Assembly (NCBI GenBank): GCA_964435885.1
Contig: CAYTAS010000008.1
Location: 5,953-69,952 of the forward strand
Direction of reading: 5' to 3'
Source of the DNA: an uncultured Nitrospira sp.
GTDB taxonomy: Bacteria; Nitrospirota; Nitrospiria; Nitrospirales; Nitrospiraceae
Length of the DNA: 64,000 bases
Part shown: piece after piece, positions 50,322 to 60,829 of the stretch
Position numbering within the stretch: the stretch's first letter is position 1
How the letters are laid out: every line of letters starts with the position of its first letter
Position numbers and translations under genes: made by a program
Notes under the pieces: generated by a model
Told to the model about the DNA's origin: nothing
Database searches by the model: none
What the model saw: only the letters and a program-made list of their open reading frames with translations

Positions 50322-51707
50322 ATGCCCGTTCGTTTTCGCATCGAGGACCCCACGCTTGCGAGAACGCTTCGCAGAATTGAGCAGGCGGTTCGCCGTCATG
50401 GCGGAAGAACCTGGCTGGTCGGCGGATGTGTCCGAGATCTGGTGCTCGGTCGACAGCCCCGCGATCTAGATATTGAAATCGCCGGGCTCCCCCCCGGGGA
50501 GCTCCACGCCCTGCTGTCCGAACACTTCTCCGTCCAATTCGTCGGGAAGGCCTTTGCCGTCTTCAAGCTGCATGGGCTACCCATCGACATTTCCATCCCC
50601 TCCCGTATTCTCATCGACGAAAGCACCTCCATCTCCGGTCTGGTCCGGCAGGCCGACCCCGGCATGGCGATCGACGAGGCCCTTTCCAGACGTGACTTCA
50701 CCATCAATGCGATGGCGTGGGACCCGGACACGAGAGAACTTCGCGATCCCTTCAACGGACGGGGAGACCTCGACGCCCACGTCTTGCGACACGTGTCGCA
50801 CCAATTTACAGAAGATCCGCTGCGTGTCTTGCGTGGGATGCAGCTATCCGCGCGTTTTGACTTGACCGCTTCGCCGGAGACTGTAGCCCTGTGCCAAACC
50901 CTCTCGCAAGACCATCACCCTCGTGAACGTCTCTGGGAAGAATGGAAGAAGCTCCTGCTGCAAGGGTGCACGCCGTCGCTGGGTCTGCGTTTCCTGGATC
51001 AATGCGGGTGGCTGTGCTTCTATCCGGAGCTCGCGGCGCTGCAGGACTGCCCACAGGATCCCATTTGGCATCCCGAAGGCGATGTATGGATTCACACCCT
51101 CCACTGTTTGGATTGGTTCGCTGCCGAACGAACCGGGAAGGATCAGGACGACTTGATCGTGGGGCTGGGTGTGCTCTGTCACGACTTCGGCAAACCGGCC
51201 ACCACCAGAGAGGATGACGGGCGGATTACCTCCCGCGGGCACGAACCTGAAGGCGAGACCCCGACACGATGCTTTCTTGAACGGCTGACCAACCAACAAG
51301 ACCTGGCGGACGAGGTCTTGCCTCTGGTGTTGTGCCATCTCCGCCCCCGTGCCCTCTATGATGCACGGGCTTCGGACAGCGCCGTCCGTCGACTCGCCCG
51401 GCAGGTCAAACGTCTCGACCGTTTAGTGCGTGTAGCAAGAGCCGACCATGCCGGTCGTCCGCCAAAACCGTTTGATGGATTCCCGTCCGGCGAGTGGCTG
51501 CTGAACCGAGCGAAGCAGCTGCAGGTTGAGGATCAGGCCCCCGTCCCGATTCTCATGGGGCGTCACTTGTTGGAGCTGGGAGTTCAGCCCGGTCCTGACA
51601 TGGGCCGACTACTTGACGAGTGCTACGAGGCGCAACTTGATGGAGAATTTGCGACCGTGGAAGAGGGGCTTATTTACGCAAGGAACAAGGTTTCATCACT
51701 CTATTAA
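50322..51707 (+). CDS. cca: Class II tRNA nucleotidyltransferase with HD domain
   Basis: VGGCVRD, DLDIE, RRDFTINA, EDPLRVLR, HPEGDV..HT, CHDFGKP. Confidence 0.85.
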   Translation: MPVRFRIEDPTLARTLRRIEQAVRRHGGRTWLVGGCVRDLVLGRQPRDLDIEIAGLPPGELHALLSEHFSVQFVGKAFAVFKLHGLPIDISIPSRILIDESTSISGLVRQADPGMAIDEALSRRDFTINAMAWDPDTRELRDPFNGRGDLDAHVLRHVSHQFTEDPLRVLRGMQLSARFDLTASPETVALCQTLSQDHHPRERLWEEWKKLLLQGCTPSLGLRFLDQCGWLCFYPELAALQDCPQDPIWHPEGDVWIHTLHCLDWFAAERTGKDQDDLIVGLGVLCHDFGKPATTREDDGRITSRGHEPEGETPTRCFLERLTNQQDLADEVLPLVLCHLRPRALYDARASDSAVRRLARQVKRLDRLVRVARADHAGRPPKPFDGFPSGEWLLNRAKQLQVEDQAPVPILMGRHLLELGVQPGPDMGRLLDECYEAQLDGEFATVEEGLIYARNKVSSLY

Positions 51708-51792
51708 CCGGCTTGTCTACTCTCGCCCTTTGTCTTTTCTTCATGGCCGTCCCCCCTTGCCCATCCACCTTGCACCGTTTATCATGGCTCCC

Positions 51793-51987
51793 ATGCATGT
51801 GCAATTGAACCATCCTGTACGCTCGATCGAAGTCAAAGGACCGAAGAGAGTTAAGGATTTGCTCAGGGAACTGAATCTCGTCGCGGAAGCGCACCTAGTT
51901 ATTCATGGGGACGAATTGGCCACTGAAGACGAGATGCTGTCGGATCAGGATCAGGTCGAAATCCGACCGGTCATCTCGGGGGGATGA
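51793..51987 (+). CDS. ThiS/MoaD/TtuB-like ubiquitin-fold sulfur carrier
   Basis: 64 aa ending VEIRPVISGG*. Confidence 0.85.
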   Translation: MHVQLNHPVRSIEVKGPKRVKDLLRELNLVAEAHLVIHGDELATEDEMLSDQDQVEIRPVISGG

Positions 51988-52124
51988 CCTCCTCCTACTC
52001 TGGCACGGTACGGGAACCGCTCTGGTACTCCCAAACAGGCCAGTAGCTCGCCAAAGCCCACAGCCTCGTTTTTCACCTTGCAATTGAAACAACAATGCCT
52101 CTAACCTTGCTCCCTATCGAGCGA

Positions 52125-52142
52125 GTGCCACCTAGGTGGCAC
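52125..52142. promoter_or_regulatory. Perfect 18-bp palindrome, putative operator
   Basis: GTGCCACCTAGGTGGCAC, 34 bp upstream of ATG 52177. Confidence 0.5.
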
Positions 52143-52176
52143 ATACTTTTATAACTTTCTTACAGGGGGTTTCCTC

Positions 52177-52374
52177 ATGAAGCGCATAGTAATGGCAGTG
52201 ATGGCAGTGGCAGTCGCATTAACTTTTAACGCCCCGGCCTTCGCCAGCGAGGATAAAAAGGAAGACAAGAAGGGTGGCCATGTCCTCTATAGCGATGACA
52301 AGAAGGATGAGAAGAAGGGCGGGCATGCCACGTATGGTGACGACAAGAAAGACGAACACAAGGGCGGACACTGA
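52177..52374 (+). CDS. Small secreted repeat peptide (3 x D/E-K-rich unit ending KGGH)
   Basis: Signal peptide ending AFA, then SEDKKEDKKGGH / VLYSDDKKDEKKGGH / ATYGDDKKDEHKGGH; GGGGG RBS-like sequence upstream. Confidence 0.85.
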   Translation: MKRIVMAVMAVAVALTFNAPAFASEDKKEDKKGGHVLYSDDKKDEKKGGHATYGDDKKDEHKGGH

Positions 52375-52431
52375 GAGCCTCCGCCGAGCCAGGGCCTTCT
52401 CAACCTGACTCGATTTGAAATCGACCATACT

Positions 52432-52458
52432 GGGGGCCTTCGTGTTGTGAGGGCCCCC
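52432..52458 (+). terminator. GC-rich hairpin after the repeat peptide gene
   Basis: GGGGGCC...GGCCCCC stem; no U-tract. Confidence 0.4.
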
Positions 52459-52519
52459 ACGCGATTGTCCCCATTCATATCGGAACGCACCAACCATCCA
52501 GCTCTAGGGTGTTCTTCTC

Positions 52520-52549
52520 TTGACCCCCTCTCCCCAAGGACTGTATAAC
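52520..52549 (+). promoter_or_regulatory. Sigma-70 promoter upstream of tRNA-Arg
   Basis: TTGACC-18 nt-TATAAC with TG extension. Confidence 0.6.
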
Positions 52550-52647
52550 CAACCTCCGGGTACGTGCAGTGGCGGGGTTTCATCTCCCCTTGTTTCTCTT
52601 GATCCGGCGTTACCTTGGAACCCATGCCGTCACTCAGCATCTGACAT

Positions 52648-52723
52648 GCGCCCGTAGCTCAATGGATAGAGCATCTGACTACGGATCAGAAGGTTACAGG
52701 TTCAAGTCCTGTCGGGCGCACCA
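52648..52723 (+). tRNA. tRNA-Arg(ACG)
   Basis: GCGCCCG/CGGGCGC acceptor stem, anticodon arm TCTGA-CTACGGA-TCAGA, GGTTCAAGTCC T-loop, encoded CCA; 76 nt. Confidence 0.97.
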
Positions 52724-52855
52724 TTTTTCAAGCACCTACGAACCGCCCCCTGTTCTCTTCTCCTCGCCGGTACTGCCTGGGAAGCGCGTTACCATACCAT
52801 TTTTAAGCTGGATCTAATGATCTCGTGCTCTGGAAATGATTTATGACAGCTAGAC

Positions 52856-53284
52856 ATGAAGACGATAGCCGAAAATCTAGAAGCCCTAGCTGAGTCGCTC
52901 AAGAAAACAATCGCGGTCCTTATGCAACACCCATCACTGTATCGCCGAAATGAACCAGGAAGCACGATATCGTTCTTGGGAAGTGGCGATTACGAATGGA
53001 GAGATTTAGGTGTAGAAGGACGGCAAGCCCAAGCCAAGGCCATAAAAGAGTATCGCCATTTGAAGGCAATTTCGTCCACCCTCCTTACAGGACAACCTCA
53101 AACGAGTCTTGATGCTTTCGAAAACAAATGCATAGTCCCCCGCCCCACGATTTCCTTGGACACACAACTGGGGCATATTGCCTCCTCGTTGAAGAAGGGG
53201 TCCCTGCGAAATCGAACGTCGGGCGACGGTGGTTTCGCTCGCGGAAAAATGGTGAGGCAGTCTTGGCTTGTTGCGGGGCGATGA
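52856..53284 (+). pseudogene. Truncated foreign gene remnant downstream of the tRNA
   Basis: The first ~90 codons are protein-like and visibly AT-richer than the flanks; after ~53130 the frame reads like non-coding sequence. Confidence 0.45.
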
Positions 53285-53346
53285 ACTGGATCTTGCGTCA
53301 CGAGACCTGGGCATCACGGCTGCCACGCCCCCGGCAGATCCCCGAT

Positions 53347-54063
53347 CTACAAGTGCGCGATCTCGTCTCGTTCGTCCTTCTCCTTCTCCTTCGCCTTCCG
53401 CCACCGGCGCTCCAGGGCGTCTCGCGCAATGTTCCGTCCTCCCAGCCCCACGGCGATCGCCACGGCCAGCACGACCCCGCCGAACACGATCGTGAATGCG
53501 GAGACGACGATTTCCTTGGCGATGCCGAGCTGCGTCAAGACCATGGCGGCCGTGAGAAGAAAAATCCCCCAGCGCACCAGCCCCGCGATGAAGCGTGCCT
53601 CCTGAATCTGCGCGTTGACCGTCGCAATCAACGTCGCCTCCGCCAAGAAGTTCCCAAGGAGGGCCCCGACGAGTATCAACAGCCCTGCCGCGATCACACT
53701 CGGCAAGTACCCCAGCAGTTGTCCCATCAAGTCGGCCGTCGTCGGCAGCCCGAGTGCATCCACACCCATGAAGATGAAGATGACGAACACCGTCCAGAAG
53801 GCCAGACGGCCCACAACCTGGGAGAACGGTTGTTTGATGCCTGCCTTCGCCAACGAGGCTTGCAATCCCCATCGTTCGCTCAGCCCATCGACACGGGCCG
53901 CCCGCAACAGGTGGTGAAGAGCCGCTCGAATCATCACGGCGGCAAGGAGACCGAGCGCGATGAAACTCACCAGGGCGAACAGCTTCGGGAGAAAGAGCGC
54001 CATCCGCATCATCATGTCGCGAAACGCTTCCACTATTGCGTCGCCCCACACATCACTCATCAC
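53347..54063 (-). CDS. Membrane protein with conserved TM-helix repeats (MscS-family N-terminal-like)
   Basis: FLPKLFA..., YLPSVIAAGLILLVG, AVAIAVGLGGRNIA; no cytoplasmic cage domain. Confidence 0.75.
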   Translation of the reverse strand: MMSDVWGDAIVEAFRDMMMRMALFLPKLFALVSFIALGLLAAVMIRAALHHLLRAARVDGLSERWGLQASLAKAGIKQPFSQVVGRLAFWTVFVIFIFMGVDALGLPTTADLMGQLLGYLPSVIAAGLLILVGALLGNFLAEATLIATVNAQIQEARFIAGLVRWGIFLLTAAMVLTQLGIAKEIVVSAFTIVFGGVVLAVAIAVGLGGRNIARDALERRWRKAKEKEKDERDEIAHL

Positions 54064-55351
54064 TCCACCTCCATCGCTGAATCAGGTACGATTTCATGGC
54101 TTCAAATTCAACCGCTACGCGTTCCAATTCCTCCTCCATGCGCTTCCCCGGGAGCGAGCGCGTCGTCAAGATCAGCGACGCGGTATGGCCGAGGTACAGC
54201 GGCGTCAGCGACTTGAGCAGGTGCTCACGGTGGAGAAGCCTATCGTGATAGGCCAAGGCCAAGTCATAGACGACTTGGACCCAGAGACCGGAGGGAAACC
54301 GAAAACTATCCGCGTCATCGATACCTAACTCCAAGATTTTCTGAAACGTGTCGGGCGCCAACACGATCTGCCAGATCGGGACCAGGTCGCGAAGACCCTG
54401 TCGAAATCCGTGGATCATACGATCGACATGCAGCGCTCCGACGGACTCGCCCAATTCGGCCGGTTCTCCGATCATTGGAACCGCCTTCGATCCTTGTATC
54501 GGTTCCCACGTGCTTTGATAGCGCTCCATCATATGAAAGATGCAGCCGACGGACTGAGCGATGATGGTCGACAAGTCACCCATCGGCTTGCCTTGGCGCA
54601 AGCGCGGTCCCAGACTCGCCTCATAGACCTCGGCCTGCTCGGCCGCCGCCAACGTCGTGACCCATCCATCGATCCCGTACACGGCGATTTCCTTATCCCA
54701 GGGCTGCCGCAGCAACAACGACCGCACGAATCGATTGGAAAACGCATAGCCTCCGCCCTGGTGATAGACCATCCGTTTCCCATACAGCGCTCGGGTGAGA
54801 GGCGCCAGCAGGGTATTAGTCAATGTACCTTCGTAGCGATTACGCGAGAAGTGCGGCAACACACAGTCCGCCTCTTTGTCGAGAATCGGCGCCGCAAGGA
54901 GTTCGGACCAGCGCGGATGAGCCGATTTCACGTTGCCGTCGACGATCAGGCACGCCTTGGCCGTGAGACGCTCGGCTACTTCGGCCAATAGCCGTATCGC
55001 CGCGTCGCGTCCCGGCACGCCGGACTCGGATAACACGTGCAATGACGACCCCGAGACCGCATGGCGAACCGCCCAGAACGGCGCATCATGCCCGGCAGCC
55101 TGTTCAATAAGGTCCGGGGTGCCGTCTTGCGATCCGGCGTCACAATTGACCACGAGCACCCGTTTCTCCGGGGCATAGCGGCGGAATCCCTCGAGCAATC
55201 CCTTCACCACGACGGGCGCCGTCGCCCCGTCATTGAAGGTGAGCACCCCTACGACGATATCCGTCGGCTCCGCCCGTTCGAGCAACGTGGGGACCAGGTC
55301 CGGCAAGGACGGCTCGGTGAGGGGACGCTCGTTCGATGTGGGCCGATCCAT
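54053..55351 (-). CDS. GT2 glycosyltransferase related to glucosyl-/mannosylglycerate synthases, motifs degenerate
   Basis: DIVVGVLTFN, DAGSQDGT, RYEGTLTN..LTRALYG, YGIDGWVTT, LTPLYLG; DxD position reads DGN. Confidence 0.72.
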   Translation of the reverse strand: MDRPTSNERPLTEPSLPDLVPTLLERAEPTDIVVGVLTFNDGATAPVVVKGLLEGFRRYAPEKRVLVVNCDAGSQDGTPDLIEQAAGHDAPFWAVRHAVSGSSLHVLSESGVPGRDAAIRLLAEVAERLTAKACLIVDGNVKSAHPRWSELLAAPILDKEADCVLPHFSRNRYEGTLTNTLLAPLTRALYGKRMVYHQGGGYAFSNRFVRSLLLRQPWDKEIAVYGIDGWVTTLAAAEQAEVYEASLGPRLRQGKPMGDLSTIIAQSVGCIFHMMERYQSTWEPIQGSKAVPMIGEPAELGESVGALHVDRMIHGFRQGLRDLVPIWQIVLAPDTFQKILELGIDDADSFRFPSGLWVQVVYDLALAYHDRLLHREHLLKSLTPLYLGHTASLILTTRSLPGKRMEEELERVAVEFEAMKSYLIQRWRWSDE

Positions 55352-55355
55352 ACCG

Positions 55356-56564
55356 TCACTCGGAACAGAGCAGTTTTAACAAGGTGAGGTGGTCGCCGAG
55401 GTGCCGGGTGATCAGAAAGTTGCGTCGTACATGCTCCTTCGCAGTTGCGCCCATCCTGGTCATCACCCCGGGATTGCTCAGGAGATACCGAATGCGAAAT
55501 GCCGCGCCTTCAACCGAATGGACAATGAACCCCGTGGCGCCGTCGACGATTTGCGCGGACACGCCGCCGGCGGTTCCGCCAATGACCGGCTTCCCTTTCC
55601 ACATGGCTTCGGACACGGCGACGCCGAATCCTTCTTTGAGCGCTTTTTGAACCACGACGGAGGCAGCCCGTTGCAGGACATTGATCTCTCGGTCCGCTTC
55701 CGGCGGCAACTGGAGAATGTGGATATCGGGGTCATGGCCGGCCGCTTCCTGCACCTCACCCAGCACCGCTTCCCCTTCCGGATCGTGGAGCACTCCGCTC
55801 CCGGCCAGTACGAGCCGGCAATTATGATGTTTCTTCACGATGCGGAAGGCTCGAATCGTACCGAGCTGATCCTTGAATCGATCGTACCGCGCGACTTGCA
55901 ATAGAATGGGCTTCCCTCTTGGGATGCCCAGGCGATCGAGTCCCTGCGCGATCTCTGCGCGGGACAGTTCCCGATTCTTTTCGGTCAGCGGATCGATCGA
56001 TGGATAGATCAAGAGTTTCGGGATCGGCAGACGCTGGGCGAATCCCGGAAGCGAAAAGACCGCGGCGTCATATTTCACGACGTGGCGACGAAACAGAGTC
56101 CAGATCGAACGGTAGGGACGCCCCGTGTCCAAATGACACCGCCAGACCCACTTGCCGCCCTTTCGATGATCGATCAAGGCCGCGGGTTGCGGGTCATGAA
56201 CGACCACCAGATCCGCGTCGAGATTCAAAGCCTTCGCATTTCTGGCGGTGATTTCAAGATAGGTGGCATACATCTCGTTCGTGATGGTTTGAGGTCTGCC
56301 TTGCAATCCATCCGCGATCCGTCTCGTCACCTCGGCGAATTCCTGCGTGCCGGCGATGACTTCCCAACGGGCTTCGATGCCCAGGGCTTTCATGACCGGC
56401 ACCAATCGCCGCAAAATTTCCGCCATCCCGCCGCCATAGCGCACGGCGCTGATATGCAGAAACTGTTTTCCCTGTACCAGATCGCTCAGTCGGCGCAGAA
56501 AGTCGATCGTGCCTTTCGGGGCCACCTCCCGGTACTGCTCCAACTCGCCGATCATGGCCTCCAT
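55356..56564 (-). CDS. treT: GT4 trehalose synthase (TreT-like)
   Basis: GGGMAEIL, HDPQP, WRCHLD, RYDRFKD, EGFGVAVSEAMWKGKPV; GAGGAG RBS at 56564. Confidence 0.82.
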   Translation of the reverse strand: MEAMIGELEQYREVAPKGTIDFLRRLSDLVQGKQFLHISAVRYGGGMAEILRRLVPVMKALGIEARWEVIAGTQEFAEVTRRIADGLQGRPQTITNEMYATYLEITARNAKALNLDADLVVVHDPQPAALIDHRKGGKWVWRCHLDTGRPYRSIWTLFRRHVVKYDAAVFSLPGFAQRLPIPKLLIYPSIDPLTEKNRELSRAEIAQGLDRLGIPRGKPILLQVARYDRFKDQLGTIRAFRIVKKHHNCRLVLAGSGVLHDPEGEAVLGEVQEAAGHDPDIHILQLPPEADREINVLQRAASVVVQKALKEGFGVAVSEAMWKGKPVIGGTAGGVSAQIVDGATGFIVHSVEGAAFRIRYLLSNPGVMTRMGATAKEHVRRNFLITRHLGDHLTLLKLLCSE

Positions 56565-56589
56565 GTTCTCCTCGTCCTGCGTCGCATCG

Positions 56590-58266
56590 TTACAACACCA
56601 TCTGTTCGATCCCGTACGCGCCATCCGAAGGCGACACGCTAAGGTCGAGCCAATAGTACCCATAGGGAGCCAACGTCAGGACATACGGCCGCTCCGTTAC
56701 CGTGGGAAACCGCGACTCGCCCAACACCTCCATCGGAGTCGCGCCAGCAAACGCGGTGAGATCCAACTCGACCGATTGCGACGACCCGGCGAGATTGTGA
56801 ACGAGCAGGAGCGCGACGTCGTCGTGCCGCCGCACATAGGCCAGGACTTTCCCGTTTGCCGGGCGCAGAAAGGTGATGGCTCCTCGTCCGAACGTCGGAA
56901 ATCGCTTGCGGACGCCGATCATCCGTTTCATCCATTGGAGCAGCGAGTGAGGCGCTTCTTTCTGCGACTCCACGTTGACCGCCTGGTAGCCATAGACGGC
57001 ATCCGCGACGACGGGCAGATAGAGTTGCGCCGCGTCGCAACTTGAAAATCCCGCGTTGCGATCCATTGTCCATTGCATCGGCGTCCGCACGCCATCTCTG
57101 TCTTTTAATTTGATGTTGTCCCCCATTCCGATTTCATCTCCGTAGTAGATGATCGGACTGCCCGGCAGCGTGAAGACGAGGCTATGGAGCAACTCGATTT
57201 TTCTGCGGTCATTGTCCAACAACGGCGCCAACCGGCGGCCGATGCCGATGTTGCGCCGCATGGACGGATCCCGCGCATAGGTGTAATACATGTAGTCCCG
57301 TTCCTCGCCGGAACACATTTCAAGGGTCAGCTCGTCGTGATTGCGGAGAAACAGGCACCACTGGCAGTTCGCCGGAATTTCCGGCGTGTGGGTAAACATG
57401 TCGATGATGGGGTCGCGCGTTTCGCTCCGGACCCCCATATAGAGTCTCGGCATGAGGGGAAAGTGAAAGGCCATGTGAAACTCATCCCCCTCGCCGAAAT
57501 AGGGCCGCACGTCCGTGGGCCATTGGTTCGCTTCGGCCAACAAGACACGCCCCTGATACGAGGCATCGATCCGCCGGCGGATACTTTTCAAATAGTCGTG
57601 CGTCTCGGGCAGGTTTTCGCAGATCGTGCCTTCCCGCTCGAAGAGATACGGAACCGCGTCACACCGGAATCCATCCAGCCCCTGATCCAGCCAAAAGGTC
57701 ATGGTGTCCACCATGGCCTGTCGCACCTCGGGATTATCATAATTCAAGTCCGGCTGATAACTGAAAAACCGGTGCCAGTAGAATGCCTTCGCCTCGGGAT
57801 CCCAGGTCCAATTCGATTTTTCCGTGTCGATGAAGATGATTCTGGCCTTCTCGTACTTGCGGTCGGTTTCGCTCCAGACGTAGAACCCGCGTTTCGACGA
57901 GTGTGGAGACTGACGCGATGCCTGAAACCACGCATGCCGATCGGAGGTGTGGTTCAGGACCAGATCGACGATCACCCGAATCCCGCGGCGATGAGCTTCG
58001 TCCAACAGCCGTTTGACGTCCTGCAAGGTGCCGTATTGCTCCGCCACGGCGAGAAAATCCGCCACGTCATAGCCGTCGTCCCTGAGCGGCGACGGATAAA
58101 ACGGCAAGAGCCAGATGCAGTCCACTCCGAGCCATTCAAGGTAATCCAATTTACCGATCAGTCCCTGGAAGTCACCGACTCCATCGCCGTTGCCGTCGGC
58201 ATAGGCTTTGACAGGAATCTCGTAGAAGACCGCGTCCTTATACCAGAGGGGATCGTTGCTCACCAT
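56590..58266 (-). CDS. treS: Trehalose synthase / maltose alpha-D-glucosyltransferase (GH13)
   Basis: [53 protein letters not shown]. Confidence 0.95.
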   Translation of the reverse strand: MVSNDPLWYKDAVFYEIPVKAYADGNGDGVGDFQGLIGKLDYLEWLGVDCIWLLPFYPSPLRDDGYDVADFLAVAEQYGTLQDVKRLLDEAHRRGIRVIVDLVLNHTSDRHAWFQASRQSPHSSKRGFYVWSETDRKYEKARIIFIDTEKSNWTWDPEAKAFYWHRFFSYQPDLNYDNPEVRQAMVDTMTFWLDQGLDGFRCDAVPYLFEREGTICENLPETHDYLKSIRRRIDASYQGRVLLAEANQWPTDVRPYFGEGDEFHMAFHFPLMPRLYMGVRSETRDPIIDMFTHTPEIPANCQWCLFLRNHDELTLEMCSGEERDYMYYTYARDPSMRRNIGIGRRLAPLLDNDRRKIELLHSLVFTLPGSPIIYYGDEIGMGDNIKLKDRDGVRTPMQWTMDRNAGFSSCDAAQLYLPVVADAVYGYQAVNVESQKEAPHSLLQWMKRMIGVRKRFPTFGRGAITFLRPANGKVLAYVRRHDDVALLLVHNLAGSSQSVELDLTAFAGATPMEVLGESRFPTVTERPYVLTLAPYGYYWLDLSVSPSDGAYGIEQMVL

Positions 58267-58292
58267 CGCGTCGTGCCCATCTCCTCTTCTCC

Positions 58293-58961
58293 TTACCCGC
58301 CCTTCGCCAATTGATCGTCGCACATGGTCAACAAGCTGGATCGCAGCCGTTCAAGACTGCCCAAGTAAGGATTCAGCGCCCGCATGCGGCCGGCCAATTC
58401 TGGCAATTGCAGGCCGGTTCGAATCCAGGCCGAAAAATCGTTCTCCTCCCGTTGCAAGCGGAGATGCGATTCGAAGACGTGAAAATAGATCACGCTGACG
58501 TCCACCTCTGCGATCGCCGCGCGAAACTCGCGCAGGGTTCGCGCTTCCCAGCCGGTCGGAATCTCCAGAATGCGGGAGCGGCTGAAATAAAACGGTGTCC
58601 CGAATCCTGCGCGAGGTACCGTGGCGAGACCAGAGAGATGGTCGTCGATCAAGGACACAAGATCTTCCCTCAGCGCCTCTAGGCTGGAATATTCGAACGG
58701 GTCCACCACCGACAGCCGTTCCGCAAGCACATGGTCTCTCACTTGCTCGCCGACCCATTCCGCGAAATCGTTCGGATAGGTCCGTTCAATAAACCGATGG
58801 CGCAAGAAGAAACTGTGAGTATGGAAGTAGATGGAATCGAGCGGCACCTCTTCCAACAATTCGGCCAGGGTACGCTCATCCTCCGCCTGTTTGCCAAGAA
58901 TTTCCTGGATCTCGCTACAGCCGAGAAACCGAAAGGCGTTATCAGGCGTCGCAGTAGTCAT
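58293..58961 (-). CDS. DUF5752-like protein with two internal repeats
   Basis: Two copies of F.F....E....A.....L......IYFH......NDF..W. Confidence 0.75.
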   Translation of the reverse strand: MTTATPDNAFRFLGCSEIQEILGKQAEDERTLAELLEEVPLDSIYFHTHSFFLRHRFIERTYPNDFAEWVGEQVRDHVLAERLSVVDPFEYSSLEALREDLVSLIDDHLSGLATVPRAGFGTPFYFSRSRILEIPTGWEARTLREFRAAIAEVDVSVIYFHVFESHLRLQREENDFSAWIRTGLQLPELAGRMRALNPYLGSLERLRSSLLTMCDDQLAKGG

Positions 58962-58993
58962 GATCGATGCTGAACCCTCCTCTTGATCAACCG

Positions 58994-60817
<1,824 letters not shown>

Positions 60818-60829
60818 CGGTGCTCCTCG

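Noticed and set aside
52002-52017. TGGCACG as a sigma-54 -24 box
   Set aside because: No GC at the -12 position.
51984-52046. 20-aa ORF MTSSYSGTVREPLWYSQTGQ* overlapping the TtuB-like stop; TGQ ending recalls UBact
   Set aside because: Far too short and lacks the rest of the UBact or Pup features; likely chance.
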